Virus record (IMG/VR): IMGVR_UViG_3300011113_000747
Coordinates: 96,001 to 160,000 of that record
DNA length: 64,000 bases
Direction: 5' to 3' (one strand)
From: a virus
Shown here: positions 47,898 to 55,480 of the stretch, one piece after another
Position numbering within the stretch: the stretch's first letter is position 1
Layout of the letters: the number at the start of each line of letters is the position of its first letter
The notes under the pieces: model-generated
The model's input: only the letters and a program-made list of their open reading frames with translations
Database searches by the model: none
Told to the model about the DNA's origin: nothing
Translations under genes and position numbers: made by a program

Positions 47898-48649
47898 TGA
47901 AACGTATTGGCATTCTTCTGTGTGGTGGTGTGGGATCTCGACTAGGTCAGATTACTAAAGCCATTCCTAAATCTCTAGTTCCAGTTTATGATAGACCACT
48001 AGTTGATTATCAGCTGCAGCTCTTTTACGACCTTGGTATTAGAGATGTAGTTATTATTACTAGACCTGACACTCGCGATCTATTTGTTAACTACATTCAT
48101 CAATACTCCAATTGGGGTAATTTATTTAAATATATTGCAATTGAAACACAACCTAATCCAGGCGGCATTGCAGAAGCCTATCTTATTGCTGAAAAATTTA
48201 TACCAGAAGGCTACAGTACGTTGCTCGGTCTTGGTGATAATATCTTTCATTTTATTGATAACAAAGAAAAAGAAGATCTAAGACAGCTATGCATGCATGA
48301 AGATAATTTCATTACAACTGTAAAGGTAAAAGATCCAACTCAATATGGTGTTGTAAAATATGATGAAAACGGCTTTATTGTTGATGTAGTTGAAAAGCCA
48401 TCTAACCCACCTTCAAATGAAATTATTCCTGGATTATATTTCTTTGATAATACAGCGACAACAAAAGTAAGATCTCTTAAACCTTCTGCAAGAGGTGAAC
48501 TTGAAATTACAGATCTCCAGCGTAAGTATTTGCAAGAAAATACTCTTGGTGTTTATAAATTTGAAAATGTATTTTGGTATGATTGCGGCACCATTGAAGA
48601 TCTTCAACATGCAAATAACTTCATGAAAATACTAGCAGATAGAAAGTAA
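47897..48649 (+). CDS. rmlA: glucose-1-phosphate thymidylyltransferase (short form)
   Basis: LCGG.GSRL...PK.L.PVYDRP, LGDN, VEKP, PGLYFFD, SARGELEITD, WYDCGT. Confidence 0.9.
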   Translation: MKRIGILLCGGVGSRLGQITKAIPKSLVPVYDRPLVDYQLQLFYDLGIRDVVIITRPDTRDLFVNYIHQYSNWGNLFKYIAIETQPNPGGIAEAYLIAEKFIPEGYSTLLGLGDNIFHFIDNKEKEDLRQLCMHEDNFITTVKVKDPTQYGVVKYDENGFIVDVVEKPSNPPSNEIIPGLYFFDNTATTKVRSLKPSARGELEITDLQRKYLQENTLGVYKFENVFWYDCGTIEDLQHANNFMKILADRK

Positions 48650-48650
48650 T

Positions 48651-49718
48651 ATGGAATCCTTCACACTCGATCACAAAACAGTTGTAGTAACAGGTGGATA
48701 TGGTTTTATCATGTCCAATCTTATCAACATTATAAACGAAAATTACTACCATGTGCATATTATCAATGTTGATAAATGCGGTGCTGGTTCAAATAAATCT
48801 AATATTTTACCAGAAAGAAATTATAATCGCATTGTTAATCTTAAGATGAAGTGTGAGGATGCAAAGTTTAAAGATTTGCTTGCTAAACATAAGCCAGATA
48901 TCATTATTCACGGTGCTGCAGAATCACATGTGGATCGTTCTATTACCGATCCTCTTGGATTTGTTACATCAAATGTTGTTGGTACTGCAAATGTTATCAA
49001 TAGTGTTGATTGGTACCAGAAAAATATCAACAAACATTGCAAATGCGTTTTGGTAAGCACTGATGAAGTGTATGGTCACTTAGAAGTAAGTGATAAGCCA
49101 TGGACCGAGGATAGCCCTATAGCTCCTAGATCTCCGTATGCATCCTCAAAAGCCGCGGCAGATCTAATAGCTTTATCCTTCCATAATACTTTCAAAACTG
49201 ACTTTTGTATTGTGAGAGGATGCAATAACTTTGGTCCAAGACAAGATGAAGAGAAGCTGCTACCAAAATACATTACAGGGTTGTTTAGAGGTGATGTGAT
49301 GCCTGTTTATGGTAATGGTAAAAATATCAGAGAGTGGGTTTATGTTGAAGACTTCTGCTACTTCATTTTAGATAGAGCAGTTAATTACTATCCAGGTAAA
49401 GTTTTTAACTACGGAAAAGGTGTTTCTAGAACTAATTTAGAAATTCTAGATGAAGTTTATGAAACTGTGAAGTTTTTCTGTCGTAAGAAAGATTGCGAAC
49501 TTATTCATAAATACGCAAAATTTGAAGATACAATTAAGTTTGTTGAAGATCGCAAAGGACATGACTTTAAGTATGCTATGAGATCTAAGTACCCACATCC
49601 TAATCTACCAGGTAAGAGTTTCAAGAAACAACTCTTTAACACGGTTGAATTCTACTATGAGAAAACTAAAGCAGAACAAAGAGCAGCTAACCGCTGGTAC
49701 AGAAAGCTCTTCAAATAA
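48651..49718 (+). CDS. rmlB: dTDP-glucose 4,6-dehydratase
   Basis: AAESHVDRSI, STDEVYG, PYASSKA, NNFGP..EK, DRKGHD. Confidence 0.92.
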   Translation: MESFTLDHKTVVVTGGYGFIMSNLINIINENYYHVHIINVDKCGAGSNKSNILPERNYNRIVNLKMKCEDAKFKDLLAKHKPDIIIHGAAESHVDRSITDPLGFVTSNVVGTANVINSVDWYQKNINKHCKCVLVSTDEVYGHLEVSDKPWTEDSPIAPRSPYASSKAAADLIALSFHNTFKTDFCIVRGCNNFGPRQDEEKLLPKYITGLFRGDVMPVYGNGKNIREWVYVEDFCYFILDRAVNYYPGKVFNYGKGVSRTNLEILDEVYETVKFFCRKKDCELIHKYAKFEDTIKFVEDRKGHDFKYAMRSKYPHPNLPGKSFKKQLFNTVEFYYEKTKAEQRAANRWYRKLFK

Positions 49719-49860
49719 AGCTCTTCAAAACGCAATTGTACGTACAATTGAGGAGATGAAACTCATGTGGAGTGGTGTGCCTTATGATGTAAAGATAGCA
49801 ATTGAAAAACATATTGATTTTTTGTATAGAGAATTAAAGGAAAGCGGTTATAATATATGA
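49657..49860 (+). CDS. hypothetical protein
   Basis: Fills gap after rmlB; start uncertain. Confidence 0.4.
   Translation: MRKLKQNKEQLTAGTESSSNKALQNAIVRTIEEMKLMWSGVPYDVKIAIEKHIDFLYRELKESGYNI
49827..49854 (+). promoter_or_regulatory. AGGAAA-N5-TATAAT promoter
   Basis: TAGAGA-16-TATAAT, AGGAAA at 49838; 6 nt before ATG 49861. Confidence 0.7.
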
Positions 49861-50085
49861 ATGACCGCAAAATTTAATGATCAAAACACATACCTTATTG
49901 CAAGGTGTGATGTTGAGATGTGGGCGAAAGCAGAGAACGCTCTCTTTAAGAGGGTGGAAGACCATGTAAAGCGTCTAGAAAAAAATAAAGAACCCTTTAC
50001 TATTCATTGGCTTATTAACAAAAATGTAGTAGTCACTACAAAGAATTCTGTAAAAGAGTTTCACTATCTTGAACCTAAAGACTAA
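49861..50085 (+). CDS. hypothetical early/middle protein
   Basis: ATG 6 nt after TATAAT. Confidence 0.6.
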   Translation: MTAKFNDQNTYLIARCDVEMWAKAENALFKRVEDHVKRLEKNKEPFTIHWLINKNVVVTTKNSVKEFHYLEPKD

Positions 50086-50086
50086 A

Positions 50087-50103
50087 AGGAAAATCGATAT
50101 AAT
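50087..50103 (+). promoter_or_regulatory. AGGAAA-N5-TATAAT promoter
   Basis: Upstream of RadA-like gene; 25-nt A/C-rich leader. Confidence 0.7.
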
Positions 50104-50128
50104 AATAAGGTAACCAAACAACAACAAA

Positions 50129-51052
50129 ATGAAACTTAATCTATCTAATAGTACCAAACTTCAAAAGGTTGGCGCCATTGACATTCCTGATCGATTCTTC
50201 AATCGTATGTCTACTGGTGTCAAAGAAATTGATAACCTTTTTGGTTCTGGTATCCTACCCGGCTCAACCTTTACCCTTACTGCAACTCCTGGTACTGGTA
50301 AGACTACTTTCTTTCTTCAGCTTCTTGATTCTATGCAGCTGAATGGTTATGAGTGTGGCTTCGTTACTGGTGAAGAAGATGTAAGCCAGATTGCATTTAC
50401 TTGTAAGCGTCTCGGTCTTCGCAACGTACCAGTTTGTAATGAGACGGACATCGACGAGATTCTTGCTCTTACTAAAGAGCTTGATGTTCTCATCATTGAC
50501 TCGTTTCCATGCTTGACTACTAAGAAGAAGCTCAACTCTCGTGCTCGTGAGAAGTACTTCGTTGAACGTATCATTGATGCTGCAGCTGCTAACGATTGCG
50601 CTATTGGTGTTATTCTTCACATTACCAAAGGTGGTGATTACAAAGGTTCAACTTTGATTCCGCACGCTGTTAGCGCTAACTTTAAACTTGAACGCGATGA
50701 AGATAATGATGAACTTCGTATCTTCTCTGCTTCTAAAAATCGATATGGTCGTTGCGAGACTCTGAATATCTATTTTGGTTCTCGTGGTTTCAATCTTACT
50801 GATATTACCGTTGGTGGTAACAATAAGAAAGAATCCAAGGCTGATCGTAAGCGTGAACAGCTTGACGCTATCATGGAGATGTCTGATGTTGGTGGTATCA
50901 CCCAAAAGCAAGTCATCAAGAAGCTCAACATTGATGCTGGTAAAGCTTATCTTCTACTGAAGGATCTTACTAATACTGATAAACTTATCAAGTATGGTCG
51001 AGGCGAATCTGCAGTTTGGAAAAAAACTTCAACAAATACAGTTGAAGTCTAA
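50129..51052 (+). CDS. RadA/Sms-like ATPase with C-terminal winged-helix-like extension
   Basis: STGVKEID.LFG.G, ATPGTGKT, GEE, LIIDS, KNRYG; no N-terminal Zn finger or Lon-like domain. Confidence 0.8.
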   Translation: MKLNLSNSTKLQKVGAIDIPDRFFNRMSTGVKEIDNLFGSGILPGSTFTLTATPGTGKTTFFLQLLDSMQLNGYECGFVTGEEDVSQIAFTCKRLGLRNVPVCNETDIDEILALTKELDVLIIDSFPCLTTKKKLNSRAREKYFVERIIDAAAANDCAIGVILHITKGGDYKGSTLIPHAVSANFKLERDEDNDELRIFSASKNRYGRCETLNIYFGSRGFNLTDITVGGNNKKESKADRKREQLDAIMEMSDVGGITQKQVIKKLNIDAGKAYLLLKDLTNTDKLIKYGRGESAVWKKTSTNTVEV

Positions 51053-51069
51053 AGATAGGTTATTATAAT
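51042..51069 (+). promoter_or_regulatory. sigma70-type promoter
   Basis: TTGAAG-16-TATAAT, 7 nt before ATG 51077. Confidence 0.7.
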
Positions 51070-51076
51070 GTATTAT

Positions 51077-51292
51077 ATGAAAAAGCTAGACATTAACCCA
51101 GAGTGGTATCAGAATAAGAACGTTCGTCCTAAGTCATTCCTTGTACGTATGGAACGTTCTCCAGATGGTGCATATCGTGTTGCTAAGGCATACGTCGAAA
51201 ATAACGTCAATCAGTATGAGTCCGATCTTCAGCGAGTTGATGTTCGTGATCTTACTTCCGATCTCCGTCGTGGTACTATCTTCTCGTACTAA
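51077..51292 (+). CDS. small hypothetical protein in a self-contained transcription unit
   Basis: Start revised to ATG 51077 (7 nt after TATAAT); strong terminator follows. Confidence 0.65.
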   Translation: MKKLDINPEWYQNKNVRPKSFLVRMERSPDGAYRVAKAYVENNVNQYESDLQRVDVRDLTSDLRRGTIFSY

Positions 51293-51314
51293 TTAAACCT
51301 GTTGTTGTGGTTGA

Positions 51315-51347
51315 GGGAGCTGAGCGAAAGTTCAGCTCCCTTTTTTT
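51315..51347 (+). terminator. Rho-independent terminator
   Basis: GGGAGCTGAGC-GAAA-GTTCAGCTCCC-TTTTTTT. Confidence 0.92.
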
Positions 51348-51350
51348 GTT

Positions 51351-51356
51351 TAAATA
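51351..51356 (+). promoter_or_regulatory. late promoter TAAATA
   Basis: 5 nt before ATG 51362. Confidence 0.65.
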
Positions 51357-51361
51357 CTAAT

Positions 51362-51538
51362 ATGGAACTATTAAAAATAATTTTAATTTACATTATTGCT
51401 GCATTAACTTGGATTGTGGGTGGTGTAGCGTTCATCGTGAGGGTGTTTGCATATGGTCTACTTGAAATGCATTTATTTTTAGAGTGGTGTATGTTTCAGC
51501 TCGTAAAAGCAGTTGAAACTATATATCCTGATGAATAA
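51362..51538 (+). CDS. small membrane protein (late)
   Basis: Start revised to ATG 51362, TAAATA 5 nt upstream; hydrophobic. Confidence 0.55.
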   Translation: MELLKIILIYIIAALTWIVGGVAFIVRVFAYGLLEMHLFLEWCMFQLVKAVETIYPDE

Positions 51539-51546
51539 ATGTTTAT

Positions 51547-52446
51547 GTGAATTTACTATTAGGATCATCAGGATATGTCGGGCAGGCTTTCAAAAAATAT
51601 TTTGAAGCAAATAAAATACCATATATAACACATAGTGTGAGATTTCCTCTTGATGAAAGAGAGTTCACAAAAGTGTTATTAACAAACAAAGTTAAAGTGG
51701 TATACAACTGCGCAGGGTTTACAGGTAAACCAAACGTCGATAGTTGCGAGTTACCTGAAAATAAAGAGTTAGCTTTATTTGCAAATGCACTTTTACCTGC
51801 ACAAATTTTAGATTTACTCACTAAGTTAAATGTTAGATTGGTGCAGGTATCATCAGGTTGCATTTATAATGATCCAACATGTGAGTATGGATTGGAACCA
51901 TCAATTATTTACACTACTGATGATCTTCCTAATTTTACTTTCAATAACAAAAAGCGCTCATGGTATAGTGGTACAAAAGCTTTGGGAGAAGAATTACTTT
52001 TAAGTAAGAAGCATGCATCAGTAGCTATTTGTAGATTGAGAATACCTTTCAATGGTGATGTAAATAGCAGAAACATCATTCATAAACTTATCAATTACAA
52101 AACACTTATTAATACTACAAATTCATTTTCTAATTTAGATGAGTTTGTTAATTCATGTTACATTATTGGTAATAACAGCTATGAAGAGGGTATATTTAAC
52201 CTCACACAGCCGGGTTATATGACCACTAAAGAAATTGTTGCTTTACTACAAAAGTATAATCTAGTAGGTGAAAAAGAATATTTTGAAAATATTAATACAT
52301 TTGAAGGTACAACTACTGCACCGAGATCAAACTGCGTGTTAGAACCTACTATGTTTTTGAATTATTCAAAAAACACAACTTTGAATACAACACCTATTGA
52401 AGTTTCTATGGAAGAAGCAATCAAACAATACGCTAGTAATCTATGA
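51547..52446 (+). CDS. NDP-4-keto-6-deoxyglucose 3,5-epimerase/4-reductase (UER1/NRS-ER-like; RmlD fold)
   Basis: AGFTGKPNVDSCE, SSGCIY, PNF, YSGTKALGE, RLRIPF, NS, GIFNLTQPG match the NRS/ER pattern better than canonical RmlD. Confidence 0.75.
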   Translation: MNLLLGSSGYVGQAFKKYFEANKIPYITHSVRFPLDEREFTKVLLTNKVKVVYNCAGFTGKPNVDSCELPENKELALFANALLPAQILDLLTKLNVRLVQVSSGCIYNDPTCEYGLEPSIIYTTDDLPNFTFNNKKRSWYSGTKALGEELLLSKKHASVAICRLRIPFNGDVNSRNIIHKLINYKTLINTTNSFSNLDEFVNSCYIIGNNSYEEGIFNLTQPGYMTTKEIVALLQKYNLVGEKEYFENINTFEGTTTAPRSNCVLEPTMFLNYSKNTTLNTTPIEVSMEEAIKQYASNL

Positions 52447-52589
52447 ATGGTGAAGCAGGAAAAGGAGATAAATTAAGACAAGGAGCTGACTTAAAGGCTT
52501 ATTGGGAAAACTACGACAATATATTTCGTAAAGATAAACCAAAAAATGAAACAACCCAACAATTACCTACGTCCGCCTCAAGACCCTGA
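52443..52589 (+). CDS. 48-aa hypothetical peptide
   Basis: MNGEAGKGDKLRQGADLKAYWENYDNIFRK..., ATGA-coupled; GKGD..R...Y..NYD.IF pattern recalls small phage proteins. Confidence 0.5.
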   Translation: MNGEAGKGDKLRQGADLKAYWENYDNIFRKDKPKNETTQQLPTSASRP

Positions 52590-52662
52590 ATCATCTTGTT
52601 TTATTCTGCTGATGGCGATTACATGGATTGCGATTTTAATTGCTTTTATATGTAAACACTAA
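52546..52662 (+). CDS. 38-aa membrane peptide
   Basis: C-terminal FILLMAITWIAILIAFI TM; stop overlaps the endolysin late promoter. Confidence 0.35.
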   Translation: MKQPNNYLRPPQDPESSCFILLMAITWIAILIAFICKH

Positions 52663-52665
52663 ATA
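52660..52665 (+). promoter_or_regulatory. late promoter TAAATA
   Basis: 5 nt before endolysin ATG. Confidence 0.7.
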
Positions 52666-52670
52666 TTTAC

Positions 52671-53447
52671 ATGAGCTATGCGAATGTAGGAAGAGTTTGG
52701 ACCACAACAAGTTTTGTAGATTATTTAAAGCAATTGCCACCACCAGCTTGGTGTAAAGCAGTTTGTATTCACCACACAGCTTTTCCTGACCTTGCCATGA
52801 GGCCTAAAGGCCTTACTATTCAGCATATCGAAAATATGCGTTTTGGTTATATCAATGAAAGAAAATGGTCTGCAGGGCCTCATTTCTTTACAGACGAAGA
52901 TCAAATCTTCGGTATGACACCACCAACAGAAAAAGGTGTGCATGCTGCTTCTTTCAATTCACTTGCTGTGGGTATTGAAATGTTAGGTGATTTTGATGTA
53001 GCAGATGATCCAAAGTCTGGTAGAGGGTTGGATGTAGTTGAAACAACAGCTGCAACAACAAAAGCTCTTTTGAATTGGCTTAATTTACCAGCAACAAAAG
53101 ATACAATTCTCTTTCATAGAGACGACCCAAAAACAAAGAAGACTTGCCCTGGTAAGAAAATCAATAAAGATTGGTTTGTTGATCTAGTCAATAGAACCCA
53201 AACACCAGGTGTCCGAGTTATACCATCACCAGTTGTTATTCCAAATAATGTCACGGGTGTGGTTGATTATGTTACTAAGCATAAAGGTTACACAATTGAT
53301 GAAGCTACAAAACTGCTTCATAGAGATGGTAACATGTTCTTCTTCGGCAATGATTGGCTTGAAGGCGCTTATTACGCAACAAGTGCACAACGTACAGTAG
53401 CTCCTATCAAAGAATTGGAATTAATTATTCCAAAATCTAGTTGTTAA
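52671..53447 (+). CDS. endolysin, N-acetylmuramoyl-L-alanine amidase (Amidase_2/T7-like)
   Basis: IHHT, PHF, GVHA..FN...GIE.LGDF, FHRD...TCPG; TAAATA 5 nt upstream. Confidence 0.85.
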   Translation: MSYANVGRVWTTTSFVDYLKQLPPPAWCKAVCIHHTAFPDLAMRPKGLTIQHIENMRFGYINERKWSAGPHFFTDEDQIFGMTPPTEKGVHAASFNSLAVGIEMLGDFDVADDPKSGRGLDVVETTAATTKALLNWLNLPATKDTILFHRDDPKTKKTCPGKKINKDWFVDLVNRTQTPGVRVIPSPVVIPNNVTGVVDYVTKHKGYTIDEATKLLHRDGNMFFFGNDWLEGAYYATSAQRTVAPIKELELIIPKSSC

Positions 53448-53468
53448 AAAGAGGAAATACGCTATAAT
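53441..53468 (+). promoter_or_regulatory. AGGAAA-N5-TATAAT promoter
   Basis: TTGTTA-16-TATAAT, AGGAAA at 53452; 6 nt before pseT ATG. Confidence 0.75.
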
Positions 53469-53474
53469 TAGCGT

Positions 53475-54365
53475 ATGAAGAAACAGAAAATTATTTTGAC
53501 TCGTGGTCTGCCTGCGAGCGGCAAGAGTACTTGGGCTAAAGAGCAAGTTGCAAAAGGCAACGGCAAGGTGAAGCGCGTCAACAAAGATGACTTGCGCGAC
53601 ATGATTGATGCTGGCATCTGGTCCAAGACCAATGAGCAGATGATTCTCAATGCTCGTGATGCACTTGTTGCTCTCTTTATCAGCAACAAAGAAGTGGAAA
53701 CGGTGATCGTTGATGACACCAACTTTGAAGAGAAACACTTTAATACCATGGTTGGGTATGCAGACTCTTATACCAAGCTTTGTAATAGAGACATCACTGT
53801 TGAATACAAGGACTTCTTGGATGTGTCTCTTGATGAGTGCTTGCATCGTGATTCTCTACGTGCTAAGCCTGTTGGTGAAAAGGTCATCAAGGGCATGCAT
53901 CAGCGCTACATTCTTCCAACCATTAAAGATGCTCCTGTCGCAAATAAGAAAGGCAATTCCATCATTGTAGACATTGATGGTACTCTTGCGCATCGTTGTG
54001 ATCGCAACTGGTTTGAGTACGAAAAAGTTGATCAAGACCACCTGGATGTTGTTGTATACGGCATTGTAGAAGCTTTCCAAAAGAAAGGTTATACCATTCT
54101 CATTGTATCTGGTCGCGAGGGTACTGAAGTCTGCCGTCAAAAGACTCTTGCATGGCTCGACAAGCACAAGGTTCCTTATTACGATCTTATGATGCGTAAA
54201 GAAGGTGACCATCGTCGTGACTCCATTGTCAAGAAGGAGATCTACGATACTCTCATTAAGGATAAATTCGATGTGGAATTTGTCCTGGACGACAGAAAAT
54301 CTGTTTGCGATATGTGGCGCGAAATCGGCCTCAAATGTCTCCAGGTAGCCCCTGGAGACTTTTGA
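53475..54365 (+). CDS. pseT: polynucleotide 5'-kinase/3'-phosphatase (T4 PseT-like)
   Basis: GLPASGKSTWA..RVNKDDLR kinase; DIDGTLA and DDR HAD phosphatase. Confidence 0.92.
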   Translation: MKKQKIILTRGLPASGKSTWAKEQVAKGNGKVKRVNKDDLRDMIDAGIWSKTNEQMILNARDALVALFISNKEVETVIVDDTNFEEKHFNTMVGYADSYTKLCNRDITVEYKDFLDVSLDECLHRDSLRAKPVGEKVIKGMHQRYILPTIKDAPVANKKGNSIIVDIDGTLAHRCDRNWFEYEKVDQDHLDVVVYGIVEAFQKKGYTILIVSGREGTEVCRQKTLAWLDKHKVPYYDLMMRKEGDHRRDSIVKKEIYDTLIKDKFDVEFVLDDRKSVCDMWREIGLKCLQVAPGDF

Positions 54366-55110
54366 TCTCCTCTTCTGTTGCATACCTGATTTTGTACCCT
54401 CTATGGTGTGACTGTCTGCCTCTCAAAGTATCAGAAAGACAGTTTCTGTTAAGGTTATACTTCTCAACTATATTAAGAAGCCCACATTCAAATGTAGTTG
54501 AGAGGTCCGGGTGAGTGAGTAAAAACCATCTATAACTTTTATTAAAAATTTTACCAGCTTTTGCAAGTTCCCTCATTTTAGCTAATCGTTCTTTTTGGCT
54601 TTCAGATAGCTTTTCAAGCATTTGTGCTGATTTAACTTTACCTGGATTATTTTGTTTAAACTGTATTCGTTTAAGTTCTAAATGCTTTTGACCCTCTTCT
54701 GACTGTAACCACTTTTTGCGTGTTGCTGCAGCTTTTGCTTTAGTTTCTTCTGTGTGGTGCTTGCCATACATATGATTAGCAGCACCACATCTACCGACTT
54801 TATGATATGCACCGGTATGACCACCTCTACCACCTTCATGCGTATTGTATCCTAATTCACGGCTGTTATATTCTTTTATGAGCTCACGCTCTCTTGCAAG
54901 CCCCATTTCTTTACTTTCTACAACTTCCAAAGTTTCAATGATGAAACTTTCAGGTCCATATTTCTTAATTGCTCTAACAAATTTGTAATCATATTTGCCT
55001 GAGAAAGCATCCCTACAATGACGACGCCACCTTTGTTCAATTGTTTGACCTGTATAGCCAATATACATCTTGCTATTTTTTGTATTTGTAATTTTATAAA
55101 CTGTGTGCAT
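54331..55110 (-). mobile_element. free-standing GIY-YIG homing endonuclease with NUMOD3-like motif
   Basis: VYKITN...MYIGYT...RW..H, FIIETLE..E; NHMYGKHHTEETK; start revised to ATG 55110 (TAAATA 5 nt upstream). Confidence 0.85.
54337..54363. terminator. hairpin within the convergent pseT/GIY-YIG overlap
   Basis: GTCTCCAGG-TAGCC-CCTGGAGAC-TTTT. Confidence 0.45.
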
Positions 55111-55115
55111 GCAAT

Positions 55116-55121
55116 TATTTA
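55116..55121 (-). promoter_or_regulatory. late promoter TAAATA of GIY-YIG gene
   Basis: 5 nt before ATG 55110. Confidence 0.7.
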
Positions 55122-55162
55122 TTGAACTCATGTAGTAAATATGTGGACATTTTGAATTTTAG

Positions 55163-55477
55163 TTGTATATTTTATTTGTGGATAATACTTCAACCGACAA
55201 AGACTTAATCAACCTACATGAGTGGAATGGCTTTGCTGAAAAGCGCATGACGTTGTTAGAAGCTCTAACCATCATCAACAATCGTTATAGAAGTGATGTA
55301 GGAGCTTTAGAAGATGAGTTGGAAAAATTTCGTGATGCAGTTAAAACTGCTCATGATGTTCTTTTAACTGTTGTGAATGAATGCAATCTTTATTACAAAG
55401 AAAGCGCAGACATTGACAATTATACACTTGATGATTGCTACACAGCAATTGCTAAAATTAAACAATTAAAATATTAA
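55163..55477 (+). CDS. hypothetical protein (start uncertain)
   Basis: Helical ORF filling the gap. Confidence 0.5.
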   Translation: MYILFVDNTSTDKDLINLHEWNGFAEKRMTLLEALTIINNRYRSDVGALEDELEKFRDAVKTAHDVLLTVVNECNLYYKESADIDNYTLDDCYTAIAKIKQLKY

Positions 55478-55480
55478 ATT

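Noticed and set aside
51547-52446. Plain RmlD call with a missing rmlC
   Set aside because: The motif set fits the NRS/ER-like bifunctional family better; canonical RmlD remains possible until tested
53475-55110. Group I intron in pseT carrying the GIY-YIG gene
   Set aside because: pseT is complete with both domains and a normal C-terminus; the endonuclease is downstream and antisense, so it is free-standing
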